Assembly: GCA_026709815.1 (NCBI GenBank)
Contig: JAPOSH010000196.1
Location: 1-52,116 of the forward strand
Source: a bacterium
Lineage (GTDB): Bacteria > Actinomycetota > Acidimicrobiia > Acidimicrobiales > Bin134
Length of the DNA: 52,116 nt
Direction: 5' to 3'
The notes beneath the pieces were generated by a model. The model saw only the letters and a program-made list of their open reading frames with translations, did not search any database and was not told the DNA's origin. Both the position numbers and the translations under genes were made by a program. Shown piece after piece: positions 27,208-35,783 of this stretch; position 1 is the stretch's first letter, and every line of letters starts with the position of its first letter.

Positions 27208-28110
27208 ATGGGTCTCGCCCAATTGTCTGCTCGCAGCCGCTCTCACACTGCTCGGACCTACATCGCTCTCACCAAGCCTCGCATCATCGAGCTGTTGCTG
27301 GTGACCACGGTGCCCACCATGGTGGTGGCCGACAGGGGCATCCCCTCGGTGTGGCTGATGGCGGCCACCGTGATCGGCGGCACCTTGGCCGCGGGCGGGG
27401 CCAACGCCATCAACATGTACGTCGATCGCGACATCGACCGGCTGATGGATCGCACCAAGCACCGCCCCCTGGTCACCGGGGAGATCGCCCCTCGCCGAGC
27501 GTTGGTATTCGCCATCGTCTTGGAGGCGGTGGCCTTCGCCTGGCTCTGGGGGTTCGTGAACCTGCTCAGCGCGGTGCTGGCGGTATCGGCCACCGCGTTC
27601 TACGTGTTCGTCTACACGTTGTGGCTCAAGCGCACCTCCACCCGCAACATCGTCATCGGCGGGGCCGCGGGCGCCGTCCCGGTCTTGGTGGGCTGGTCGG
27701 CGGTGACCAACAGCTTGGACTGGGCCCCCTTGGTGCTGTTCGGCGTCATCTTCTACTGGACCCCGCCCCATTTTTGGGCCCTGGCCATCCGCTATCGGGA
27801 CGACTACCGGGCGGCGAGCGTGCCGATGCTGCCCGCCGTGGCCAGCACCCGCACCACCGCGGTGCGGATGGTGGGCTACACCGTTGTGCTGTGGGGGCTG
27901 TCGGTGTTGTTCGGCGCGGTCGGCGGGATGGGGCTGGTGTACTTGGTGAGCGCCGCAGTGCTGGGCGCGGTGTTCTTGTTCTACGCCGTCCAAGTGCTGC
28001 GCACCCAGGCCGCGGCATCGGCTATGCGGCTGTTCTCCTACTCCATCACCTACATCACCCTCCTGTTTGCCGCGATGGCAGTCGACCAGGTGGTGCGCAC
28101 CGGTGTTTGA
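27208..28110 (+). CDS. ctaB: Protoheme IX farnesyltransferase (heme O synthase)
   Basis: YIALTKPRIIELLLVTT...GANAINMYVDRDIDRLMDRTKHRPLVTG...YWTPPHFWALA is the UbiA-family CtaB/CyoE signature. The start is 27208 or 27169. Confidence 0.92.
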   Translation: MGLAQLSARSRSHTARTYIALTKPRIIELLLVTTVPTMVVADRGIPSVWLMAATVIGGTLAAGGANAINMYVDRDIDRLMDRTKHRPLVTGEIAPRRALVFAIVLEAVAFAWLWGFVNLLSAVLAVSATAFYVFVYTLWLKRTSTRNIVIGGAAGAVPVLVGWSAVTNSLDWAPLVLFGVIFYWTPPHFWALAIRYRDDYRAASVPMLPAVASTRTTAVRMVGYTVVLWGLSVLFGAVGGMGLVYLVSAAVLGAVFLFYAVQVLRTQAAASAMRLFSYSITYITLLFAAMAVDQVVRTGV

Positions 28111-28218
28111 AGCAGATTGGCCCCGCCCTGAGGAGCGCGACGGGCTGAATCGTCTGATGCGAAGAACGGCTCAGGCGATGTGTAGAGTTCCGATCAACAC
28201 CCGCCTTCGTGGAACACG

Positions 28219-29922
28219 ATGACCCTCACCGAGACTAATCCACCCGCAGAAGCGGTCGCGGCCGGCGACGACTTGGGGCCACCAACAGGCGCAGTCGCGG
28301 CCGGTGACGACTTGAGCCCGGCCACCCGGGCATCGGTCCCCCAGTGGACGCCGCCGACCGGTTTGGCCCGAATTCTGAGTTCCGGCGACTATTTGACCGT
28401 CGGCCGGATGTATGTGGCGTTCTCCCTGCTCCTATCGGGGCTGGCCCTGGCCCTGGGGGTGTTGATCGGCATTGAGAAGGCCGATATCGACGGGGGCTTC
28501 GGAGTTTTCGCCAACTCCAACGAGCTCTTCCAGATGTTCGGCCTGTACCGGATCACGCTGATCCTGTGCGGGCTGGTTCCGCTGTTCTTAGGCCTGGCCA
28601 CCGTTGTGATCCCCCGGCAGCTCGGCGCTGGTTCGCTGGCCTTCCCCCGAGCCGCCGCCGCCGCGTTCTGGACTTGGCTGGTGGGATCCATCGCCCACAT
28701 CGCGGCCACCTTCTCCTACGGCGGTCTAGGCTCGATCGAGGCCGGCGCCGCCCGAGGCCAGTCGGTGGAGCTCACCGTTTTGTCGCTGGGCATGATCGGA
28801 CTGGGCTTGCTGGTGGGATCGGGTGTCGTCTTCACCACCCTGGTGACCCAGCGCCCCCCGGGCATGGATCTGCTCCAAATGCCGGCCTTCTCGTGGTCGA
28901 TGCTGGTGGCTGCCGGGGTGTGGCTGTTCTCTTTGCCGGTGCTGCTGGCCAACCTGACCATCTCCTGGGTGGATATGCGGGGGTCCGACGCCGTGGGCTT
29001 CGGCGCCGCCGAGGTGCCGTTCGAGATGGTGGCCTGGGCATTCGACGCCCCCCAGGTGTACGCATGGACCATCCCGCTTTTGGGCATCATCGCTGAGGTC
29101 TTCGCCGCCGCCCATCGCAGTGTCCCCAAACTGTTCGAGCCCATGGCCTTCATCGTGGGGGCCTTCGGGTTCTTGTCGTTCGGGGCCTGGGCGCAGAGCT
29201 TCTTCGACAGCGCCGATCCGCGGGCTGCCGATGCCCACGTCGTGACCGACGAGGTGCTGTTCACCGTGTTCGCCCTGGCGATCGCCCTGGCAGTGCTGGC
29301 CTACGGCGGATGGCTGGCGTTCAACGCCTACGCCGCCGGGCGGCGCCCCGAGATCACCCCGCAGTTCGCCTTGGCAGTCGTCTCCGGGGCTTTGCTGACC
29401 TTGGCCGCGGTGGCCGGCGTGCTGCGGGTGGCCGAGCCGGCGCTGGGGGTGCTGCGGGAGGCCGACGGCGATATCTGGCGGGGGTTTTTCGACGCCATGG
29501 ACGATCTGGAGGGCTCCAGCCTGGTCACCGGGATGATGAGCTTTGCGGTGCTGGGCGGGCTGCTGGCCGCGGTGGCCGGCCTCTTCCACTGGGCGCCGCG
29601 GCTGCTGGGCCGCCCCCTCAGCGCCCCTCTGGGGTTCCTGTCGGTGCTGCCGCTGGCCGGCGGGGCGATCCTCATCGGGGCGACCGATGCGCTGAGCGGT
29701 TTCTTCGACCAGCCGGCCCGGCCTTATGAAGCCGGGAACCCGCCGTATGGGCCCGGCCACTTCGATGAGATCGACGCCTTGGGCTTCGTGGAGGCCATGA
29801 ATGTGATCGGACTCATCGGCGCTATCGCCGTTTTGGGCGGTTTGGCCCTGGTGGCTGCGAACGCCGCCCGCGGCCTTGTCGGCATGCCGACGGCCGAGTC
29901 TGACCCGGGGGAGGACTCCTGA
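28219..29922 (+). CDS. Heme-copper oxidase subunit I-like membrane protein lacking all canonical heme and CuB ligands
   Basis: 567 aa, about 12 TM helices. It aligns by eye with the bona fide CtaD at 32771: PRQLGAGSLAFPRAAAAAFW vs LQIGARDVAFPRLNAFSFW, WAFDAPQVY vs WIFGHPEVY, GAWAQSFF vs GVWAHHMF, LVTGMMSFAVLGG...GLFHWAPR vs VVAHFHYVIFGG...GLHFWWPK. All ligand histidines are substituted (see findings). Confidence 0.8.
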   Translation: MTLTETNPPAEAVAAGDDLGPPTGAVAAGDDLSPATRASVPQWTPPTGLARILSSGDYLTVGRMYVAFSLLLSGLALALGVLIGIEKADIDGGFGVFANSNELFQMFGLYRITLILCGLVPLFLGLATVVIPRQLGAGSLAFPRAAAAAFWTWLVGSIAHIAATFSYGGLGSIEAGAARGQSVELTVLSLGMIGLGLLVGSGVVFTTLVTQRPPGMDLLQMPAFSWSMLVAAGVWLFSLPVLLANLTISWVDMRGSDAVGFGAAEVPFEMVAWAFDAPQVYAWTIPLLGIIAEVFAAAHRSVPKLFEPMAFIVGAFGFLSFGAWAQSFFDSADPRAADAHVVTDEVLFTVFALAIALAVLAYGGWLAFNAYAAGRRPEITPQFALAVVSGALLTLAAVAGVLRVAEPALGVLREADGDIWRGFFDAMDDLEGSSLVTGMMSFAVLGGLLAAVAGLFHWAPRLLGRPLSAPLGFLSVLPLAGGAILIGATDALSGFFDQPARPYEAGNPPYGPGHFDEIDALGFVEAMNVIGLIGAIAVLGGLALVAANAARGLVGMPTAESDPGEDS

Positions 29923-29983
29923 TGGGCGGGCGGCGCAGACTCGGGGCCGGTCAGGCCCGCAGGAGTCGGGGAGGGCGGCGGTA

Positions 29984-30580
29984 ATGGCCGACATCGTAGT
30001 GGGAGCGCCCCTGGCCGCACCCCCTTCTCGCCCACGCACTCTGTTGGTGGGCACGGTGTTCGGGACCGCGGCGTCGCTCATGTACTTCGCCGCGTTGCTC
30101 GGCGTGTACCTGCGGGAGCGGGCCGATGCGCTGTCCGGGGGCGGGGATTGGATCCCGTCGAGCGCCGACATTCAGCTGGCCCAGCCCACCGTGGCGGCGT
30201 GGACCATGCTCATGTCGGCAGTCACCATGCAGTGGGCGGTATACGCCATCGCCCGCGACGACCGGGCCCACGCCCTCATGGCCACCGCGCTGACCGCGCT
30301 GTTCGGCCTGTCGGTGGTGGTCATGACCTCGTTCCAGTACACCGAGATGGGCTTGGCGGCCGACGAGTCGGTGGCGGCCGTGTTGATCTACGCCATCTCG
30401 GGGTCGCACTTGGCCATGATCGCCGTCGGCCTGGTGTTCCTCTTGCTCATGGCGTTCCGGGCTCTGGCCAGCCAGTACAGCAGCCGTCAGACCGACGGGT
30501 TCGTGGCCGCGTCCATCTATTGGTATGCCGTTGTATTCGTCTATGTCGTCATCTGGACGGCGATTTTCGTGCTGAAGTAG
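29984..30580 (+). CDS. Heme-copper oxidase subunit III-like membrane protein (divergent)
   Basis: The ATG at 29984 follows GGGGAGGG. 198 aa, 5 TM helices. IYAISGSHLAMIAVG vs FYALTGFHGAHVTIG, and SIYWYAVVFVYVVIW vs GLYWHFVDIVWIVIF, in the canonical CtaE at 34806. Confidence 0.7.
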   Translation: MADIVVGAPLAAPPSRPRTLLVGTVFGTAASLMYFAALLGVYLRERADALSGGGDWIPSSADIQLAQPTVAAWTMLMSAVTMQWAVYAIARDDRAHALMATALTALFGLSVVVMTSFQYTEMGLAADESVAAVLIYAISGSHLAMIAVGLVFLLLMAFRALASQYSSRQTDGFVAASIYWYAVVFVYVVIWTAIFVLK

Positions 30581-30637
30581 GCGCTGCGTGTTCACCGTTG
30601 AGCTGATCCCCCGCGATCCAAGCCAGGCAGGCTTTTA

Positions 30638-31474
30638 GTGCTCACCCCGGGATTCCGCTTGTTCTTCGGCTTTGCCCTCGCCGCGGTGGCCTCGGCTGCC
30701 GTCTACGGGGTAGCCAGCGGCAGCGCAGGCGAGACCGAGTATTTCGCGGTGCTCAACGTGGAGACCTGGGTGGGCGTGCTCAGCCTGGGCTACAAGGGGG
30801 GCATCGGCGATCATGTCGGGTACGTGGCGCTGATGGCGTTCGCGGTGCTGTCGGCGTTGGTGGCGCTGTTCTTGGTGGCCTTCCGGGACGCGGACGCCGA
30901 GTCGGTGGGCGAACTGACCGGAGACGGCCGGATCCCCGAGCCCCAAGCCGACCTCGAGGCCAACTACTGGCCGGCGGTGGCCGCCTTCGGACTGGGGGCG
31001 ATGATCGTGGGCCTTGCCACCCACGCCACCATCTTCGTGATCGGCCTGGTGATCGTGGGCGCGGCGATTTTCGAGTGGATGCTGGCCGCTTGGGCCGACC
31101 GGGCCACTGCCGATCCGGTGGTCAATCGCAACCTGCGCAATCGCATCATGAGACCGGTGGAGTACCCGGTCACCGCCGCCCTCGGGGTGGCGGTGCTGGT
31201 TTTGGCCCTGTCGCGGGTGTTTTTGACCGTGTCCAAGTTCAGCGCCGTGATCGTGGCCGGTGTGGTGGCCACGGTGATTTTCCTCGTCGCGGTGGTATTC
31301 GCGGTGGCGCCCAAGATCAGCCGGTCGGCTATAGCCGCAACGGTGGCCCTGATGTGTGCCGGCGTCTTGATCGCGGGGGTGGTGACCGCGGCCGTGGGCT
31401 CGCGTGATTTCCACCACAAAGGACCGGTCTCAGAGCACGGTGAACATGCCGACGACCATGGAGGGTCCGAGTGA
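30638..31474 (+). CDS. Polytopic membrane protein of unknown function with a subunit III N-terminal-like two-helix module and a His/acidic tail
   Basis: GTG start, 278 aa, about 8 TM helices. NYWPAVAAFGLGAMIVGLATHATIFVIGLVIVGAAIFEWML aligns without gaps to SYWPIVLSGGILLVGYGLIYNLWLVAAGMVLLVGAMYGWIL in the CtaD C-terminal extension. The C-terminus is HHKGPVSEHGEHADDHGGSE. Confidence 0.6.
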   Translation: MLTPGFRLFFGFALAAVASAAVYGVASGSAGETEYFAVLNVETWVGVLSLGYKGGIGDHVGYVALMAFAVLSALVALFLVAFRDADAESVGELTGDGRIPEPQADLEANYWPAVAAFGLGAMIVGLATHATIFVIGLVIVGAAIFEWMLAAWADRATADPVVNRNLRNRIMRPVEYPVTAALGVAVLVLALSRVFLTVSKFSAVIVAGVVATVIFLVAVVFAVAPKISRSAIAATVALMCAGVLIAGVVTAAVGSRDFHHKGPVSEHGEHADDHGGSE

Positions 31475-31490
31475 TGGTCGAGACATCGAG

Positions 31491-32768
31491 ATGCGGCGTC
31501 CGATGAGCAGTCGGCCGAGAGCGCTGGTATGGCTGTCGAGCCTGTTGGTGATTGCCGGCACGGTGGCATTGATCGTGGTGGCCATCGTGGTCGACGACAA
31601 TCATCCGCTGTCCACCCTGTCTCCGGTCGGGCGCCAGGGCCGCGACATCGCCGCGCTCATCAACCCCATCTTCATCGTGGCCGGCGTGGTGTTCTTCCTG
31701 GTCCAGGGAGCGGTGCTGGCGTTGTGGTGGCGGTACCGGGTCTCTGGATCCGATGACGGCGATGGCGAGTTCGGGTACTACGAAGACGAGGAGTTCCCCG
31801 AGCAGGTCCACGGCAACAACCGCCTTGAGATCGCCTGGACCATTGTGCCGACCGTGCTGCTGGCCGTCATCTCGGTGTTCACCCTGGTGGCGCTGTTCGC
31901 CCTCGACGACGTGGAGGCCTCTGACGAGGAGCTGGCTGTCACGGTGATCGGCCAGCAGTGGTGGTGGGAGTATCAGTACCACTTGGACGGCGACACGTCC
32001 ACCCCGCCTGATTTCGTGACCGCCAACGAGCTGGTGATCCCCGTCGGAGTGGATGTGCCGCTCGACATCAAATCGCGCGACGTAATACACGCGTTCTGGA
32101 TACCCAAGCTCAACGGGAAGAGGGACGCGGTGCCGGGCCGTTCCCACGATTGGGTCATCCAATCGAACAAGACCGGCACCTTCCGGGGCCAGTGCACCGA
32201 GTTCTGCGGTTTGTCCCACGGCTATATGAAAATGGTGGCCGTGGTGCTCACCGCCGACGAGTTCGCCGAATGGCGGGACAATCAGATGAAGCCGGCCGAC
32301 GCTCCCGAGGAAGGCACAGCCGCTGCTGCCGGTTGGGAGAGCTTCAACCAGCAGTGTGCCAACTGCCATGTGGTCAACGGGCTCACCTCGGCTGCCACTC
32401 GAGGCGGCGACCCCTCCTCGCCGCCCGACGACTGGAGCATTTACGGAGCGTTCAACGGCGACAATGCCGGTCCGGTCCTCACCGAGGATTTGGTGGCCGG
32501 CGCCGCTCCCAACCTGACCCACCTCATGACTCGGAGCACGTTCGCCGGGTCGATATTCGACCTCTACCTCAATGCCGGAGCACACGTTCCCTACTTGGAT
32601 CTGTCCGAGCGGGCAACGCTCAATCGAGGCGAGTTGGAGTCCTGGATCTACAACGCCCCCGAGCGCAAGCCGGCCGCCGCCGACGAACTTCGGGGCATGC
32701 CCGCCCGTACCGGTCTGAGCCCCGTCGACATCGACAACATCGTTGCCTTCCTGTCCACCCTTGACTGA
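31491..32768 (+). CDS. ctaC: Cytochrome c oxidase subunit II with fused C-terminal cytochrome c domain (caa3-type)
   Basis: Two N-terminal TM helices, CuA site CTEFCGLSHGYM, then the heme c motif CANCH. The likely ATG is at 31491 (MRRPMSSRPRAL...). Confidence 0.92.
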   Translation: MRRPMSSRPRALVWLSSLLVIAGTVALIVVAIVVDDNHPLSTLSPVGRQGRDIAALINPIFIVAGVVFFLVQGAVLALWWRYRVSGSDDGDGEFGYYEDEEFPEQVHGNNRLEIAWTIVPTVLLAVISVFTLVALFALDDVEASDEELAVTVIGQQWWWEYQYHLDGDTSTPPDFVTANELVIPVGVDVPLDIKSRDVIHAFWIPKLNGKRDAVPGRSHDWVIQSNKTGTFRGQCTEFCGLSHGYMKMVAVVLTADEFAEWRDNQMKPADAPEEGTAAAAGWESFNQQCANCHVVNGLTSAATRGGDPSSPPDDWSIYGAFNGDNAGPVLTEDLVAGAAPNLTHLMTRSTFAGSIFDLYLNAGAHVPYLDLSERATLNRGELESWIYNAPERKPAAADELRGMPARTGLSPVDIDNIVAFLSTLD

Positions 32769-32770
32769 TT

Positions 32771-34801
32771 GTGATTGAGATGACCGTCGCCGATCGCACG
32801 ATCACCGCCCCCGAGGAGACTCTGGCGCTGCCCGCGGGTCCGGCCATCGCCCGCCGGCCCCTCGGCGTCTTCAGCCGCCCCCAGGGCAGCGAGGGCTGGC
32901 AGAGCTGGCTGTTCACCGTCGATCACAAGCGCATCGGCATCATGTACGGCGCCGCCGCGCTGTTCTTCTTCCTCGTCGGCGGCGCCGAAGCCCTGTTCAT
33001 CCGCCTCCAGCTCGCCGTTCCCAACGGCTCGGTCATCGGCGCCGGCACCTACAACGGCGTGTTCACCATGCACGGCGTGACCATGATCTTCCTCGTGGCC
33101 ATGCCCATGGCGGCCGCATTCGCCAACTACCTGCTTCCCCTTCAGATCGGGGCCCGAGACGTGGCCTTTCCCCGTCTCAACGCCTTCAGCTTCTGGTGCT
33201 TTTTGGCCGGCGGTCTGCTGCTCACCTCCTCAATGCTCATCGGGGGCTGGTTCCAGAACGTCCCCGATGGGGGTTGGTTCAACTACGCCCCCAACAGCGG
33301 TCTGCTCTTCTCCCCCCATAAGGGCATCGACTTCTACGCGGTGGGATTGCAGATAACCGGCATCGCCTCGCTGGTCAGCTCCATCAATCTGATCGTGACC
33401 GTGCTGAACATGCGGACACGGGGGATGAGCCTGTTCCGCATGCCGGTGCTCACCTGGATGCTGCTCATCACTCAGTTCCTTTTGCTGTTCGCCATCCCGG
33501 TCATCACCGTGGCCCTGTTCTTGTTGATGTTCGACCGGCTTTGGGATGCCAACTTCTTCAACGTGGCCGCCGGGGCCGATCCCCTCCTGTGGCAGCACCT
33601 GTTCTGGATTTTCGGCCACCCCGAGGTTTACATCCTGGTGCTGCCCGCATTCGGAATCGTCTCAGAGATCATTCCCACGTTCTCCCGCAAGCCGATCTTC
33701 GGCTACAACTTCATGGTCGCCTCCGGCATCGCCATCGGCTTCATGGGCTGGGGAGTGTGGGCCCATCACATGTTCACCTCCGGCGTGGGACCGCTGGCGG
33801 TGGCGGCGTTCTCGGTGTCCACCATGTTCATCGCCGTTCCCACCGGGGTGAAGGTTCTCAACTGGCTGGCCACCATGTACGGGGGCCGGCTGCGCTTCAC
33901 CACCCCGATGCTGTATGCCGTGGGCGTGGTGTCGATGTTCACCATCGGAGGGCTTTCGGGGGTGACGCATTCCATCGCCCCTTCCGACACCCAGCAGACC
34001 GACACCTATTACGTTGTGGCCCACTTCCACTATGTGATCTTCGGCGGGATCATCCTCGGCTTGTTCGGGGGCCTCCACTTCTGGTGGCCCAAGATATTCG
34101 GCTACATGCTGGACGAGGGCTGGGGCAAGGCGGCCTTTTGGGTCATCCTCATCGGCTTCAATTTGACGTTCGGCCCCATGCACATTCTCGGCTTGCAGGG
34201 GATGTCCCGGCGCATTGCCACCTATCGGGCCGATGAGGGCTTCGCCTTCTGGAACATGGTCGCCACCGTCGGGGCTTTCGTGATCGCCGCCGGTGTGGCC
34301 ATGCTGTTGTGGAACATCTACAAGAGCACCCGCGATTGGAAGCGGGCGGGGCGGCCCGACGTGGGGCCCGACCCGTGGGACGCCCGGAGCCTGGAGTGGA
34401 TGACCGCATCGCCTGCGCCCGAGCACAACTTCGACCGGGAGATCGAAGTCGAGGGCCAAGATGAGTTCTGGCATCGCAAGTACGGCCGAGACGAGAGCGG
34501 GCGGGTGGTGCGAGCCGCTACTGCCTCTGAGATCGCCCACGACGGCAGCAACACCAAAGTTCACCTGCCGTCGCCGTCGTACTGGCCCATCGTCTTGAGC
34601 GGGGGCATCCTGTTGGTGGGCTACGGCTTGATCTACAACCTGTGGCTGGTAGCGGCGGGAATGGTGCTGTTGGTGGGCGCCATGTACGGCTGGATCCTGG
34701 AGCCGGCCGACGACCCTGAGGCCGCCGGCCACCACGGGGAGCACGAAGACGGCCGCGATGACGGCGGCCGCGATGACGAGGAGGCTGTGACCGTTGGCTG
34801 A
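32771..34801 (+). CDS. ctaD: Cytochrome c oxidase subunit I with a C-terminal two-helix extension
   Basis: All canonical motifs are present: FTMHG, WIFGHPEVY, WAHHMF, VVAHFHYV. The extra C-terminal segment HLPSPSYWPIV... resembles the N-terminus of subunit III. The tail is acidic and His-rich. Confidence 0.95.
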   Translation: MIEMTVADRTITAPEETLALPAGPAIARRPLGVFSRPQGSEGWQSWLFTVDHKRIGIMYGAAALFFFLVGGAEALFIRLQLAVPNGSVIGAGTYNGVFTMHGVTMIFLVAMPMAAAFANYLLPLQIGARDVAFPRLNAFSFWCFLAGGLLLTSSMLIGGWFQNVPDGGWFNYAPNSGLLFSPHKGIDFYAVGLQITGIASLVSSINLIVTVLNMRTRGMSLFRMPVLTWMLLITQFLLLFAIPVITVALFLLMFDRLWDANFFNVAAGADPLLWQHLFWIFGHPEVYILVLPAFGIVSEIIPTFSRKPIFGYNFMVASGIAIGFMGWGVWAHHMFTSGVGPLAVAAFSVSTMFIAVPTGVKVLNWLATMYGGRLRFTTPMLYAVGVVSMFTIGGLSGVTHSIAPSDTQQTDTYYVVAHFHYVIFGGIILGLFGGLHFWWPKIFGYMLDEGWGKAAFWVILIGFNLTFGPMHILGLQGMSRRIATYRADEGFAFWNMVATVGAFVIAAGVAMLLWNIYKSTRDWKRAGRPDVGPDPWDARSLEWMTASPAPEHNFDREIEVEGQDEFWHRKYGRDESGRVVRAATASEIAHDGSNTKVHLPSPSYWPIVLSGGILLVGYGLIYNLWLVAAGMVLLVGAMYGWILEPADDPEAAGHHGEHEDGRDDGGRDDEEAVTVG

Positions 34802-34805
34802 CACC

Positions 34806-35417
34806 ATGGCCGCCGAGGCCGCCACTCATTCCGCGCCCCGCGAGGAGCACCGCACCAGCACCGGCATCTCCAACGAGAAGCTGGCCATGTGGGTGTTCCT
34901 GGGCTCGGAGTGCCTGCTGTTCGGCGGGCTCATCTCCACCTACATGTTCAACAAGGGCCGCATCGGCCCCGGCGATATCGGCCCCGCCGACGTATTCGAC
35001 ATCCCCTTCACCTCGGTCAGCTCGTTCGTGCTTTTGATGAGCTCGCTGACCATGGTGTTCGCGGTGTCGTCCATCGTCCGGGGCGATCTGCGGGGCAACC
35101 GGATCTGGCTGGCCACCACCGCTGCGCTGGGGGCCACCTTCGTGGCCGGGCAGGTGTACGAGTTCACCGCCTTCTACAGCGAGGGGCTCGGCTTCACCAC
35201 CAACCTGTTCGGCTCCTCCTTCTACGCGCTCACCGGTTTCCACGGCGCCCACGTCACCATCGGCATCATCATGCTCATGTCGCTGTTCGTGATGTCGCTG
35301 CGGGGCAACCTCGGGCCCGAGCGAGCCGAGAAGGTGGAGATCATCGGCTTGTACTGGCACTTCGTCGACATCGTCTGGATTGTGATCTTCACGATCGTGT
35401 ACCTCTTCCCGCAGTAG
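34806..35417 (+). CDS. ctaE: Cytochrome c oxidase subunit III (5-TM type)
   Basis: FYALTGFHGAHVTIG and GLYWHFVDIVW motifs. The start is ATG at 34806, or TTG at 34794 overlapping the ctaD stop. Confidence 0.9.
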   Translation: MAAEAATHSAPREEHRTSTGISNEKLAMWVFLGSECLLFGGLISTYMFNKGRIGPGDIGPADVFDIPFTSVSSFVLLMSSLTMVFAVSSIVRGDLRGNRIWLATTAALGATFVAGQVYEFTAFYSEGLGFTTNLFGSSFYALTGFHGAHVTIGIIMLMSLFVMSLRGNLGPERAEKVEIIGLYWHFVDIVWIVIFTIVYLFPQ

Positions 35418-35425
35418 GACTCGCA

Positions 35426-35776
35426 ATGGCCACCGTCACCCCCGATCCCCAAGACACGGCCCACGCCTCCGACGAGCACGCGTCGGGCGGCGGTCACGCC
35501 CATCCCACCGACTGGCTCTATGTGAAGGTGGCCATTGCTCTCGCCGTGCTCACCGCCTTCGAGGTCTTCACCTACTTCGAGTCGCTCCACGGGTGGGGCG
35601 ACACCGCCCTCATCATCATGCTGGTGCTGATGATGCTGGTGAAGTTCTTCTTAGTGGTGGCCTTCTTCATGCACCTGAAGTTCGACGCTCCGATCTTCTG
35701 GCGATTGTTCATGTTCGGGGTGGTCTTGGCCATGGCGGTGTACATGCTCATGTTGACCGCGTTCCGCTTCTGGTAG
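35426..35776 (+). CDS. ctaF: Cytochrome c oxidase subunit IV (prokaryotic COX4_pro/CtaF-like)
   Basis: 116 aa, 3 TM helices, with LVKFFLVVAFFMHLKFD typical of bacterial caa3/aa3 subunit IV. The N-terminus is His-rich. Confidence 0.8.
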   Translation: MATVTPDPQDTAHASDEHASGGGHAHPTDWLYVKVAIALAVLTAFEVFTYFESLHGWGDTALIIMLVLMMLVKFFLVVAFFMHLKFDAPIFWRLFMFGVVLAMAVYMLMLTAFRFW

Positions 35777-35783
35777 AGCTCTG

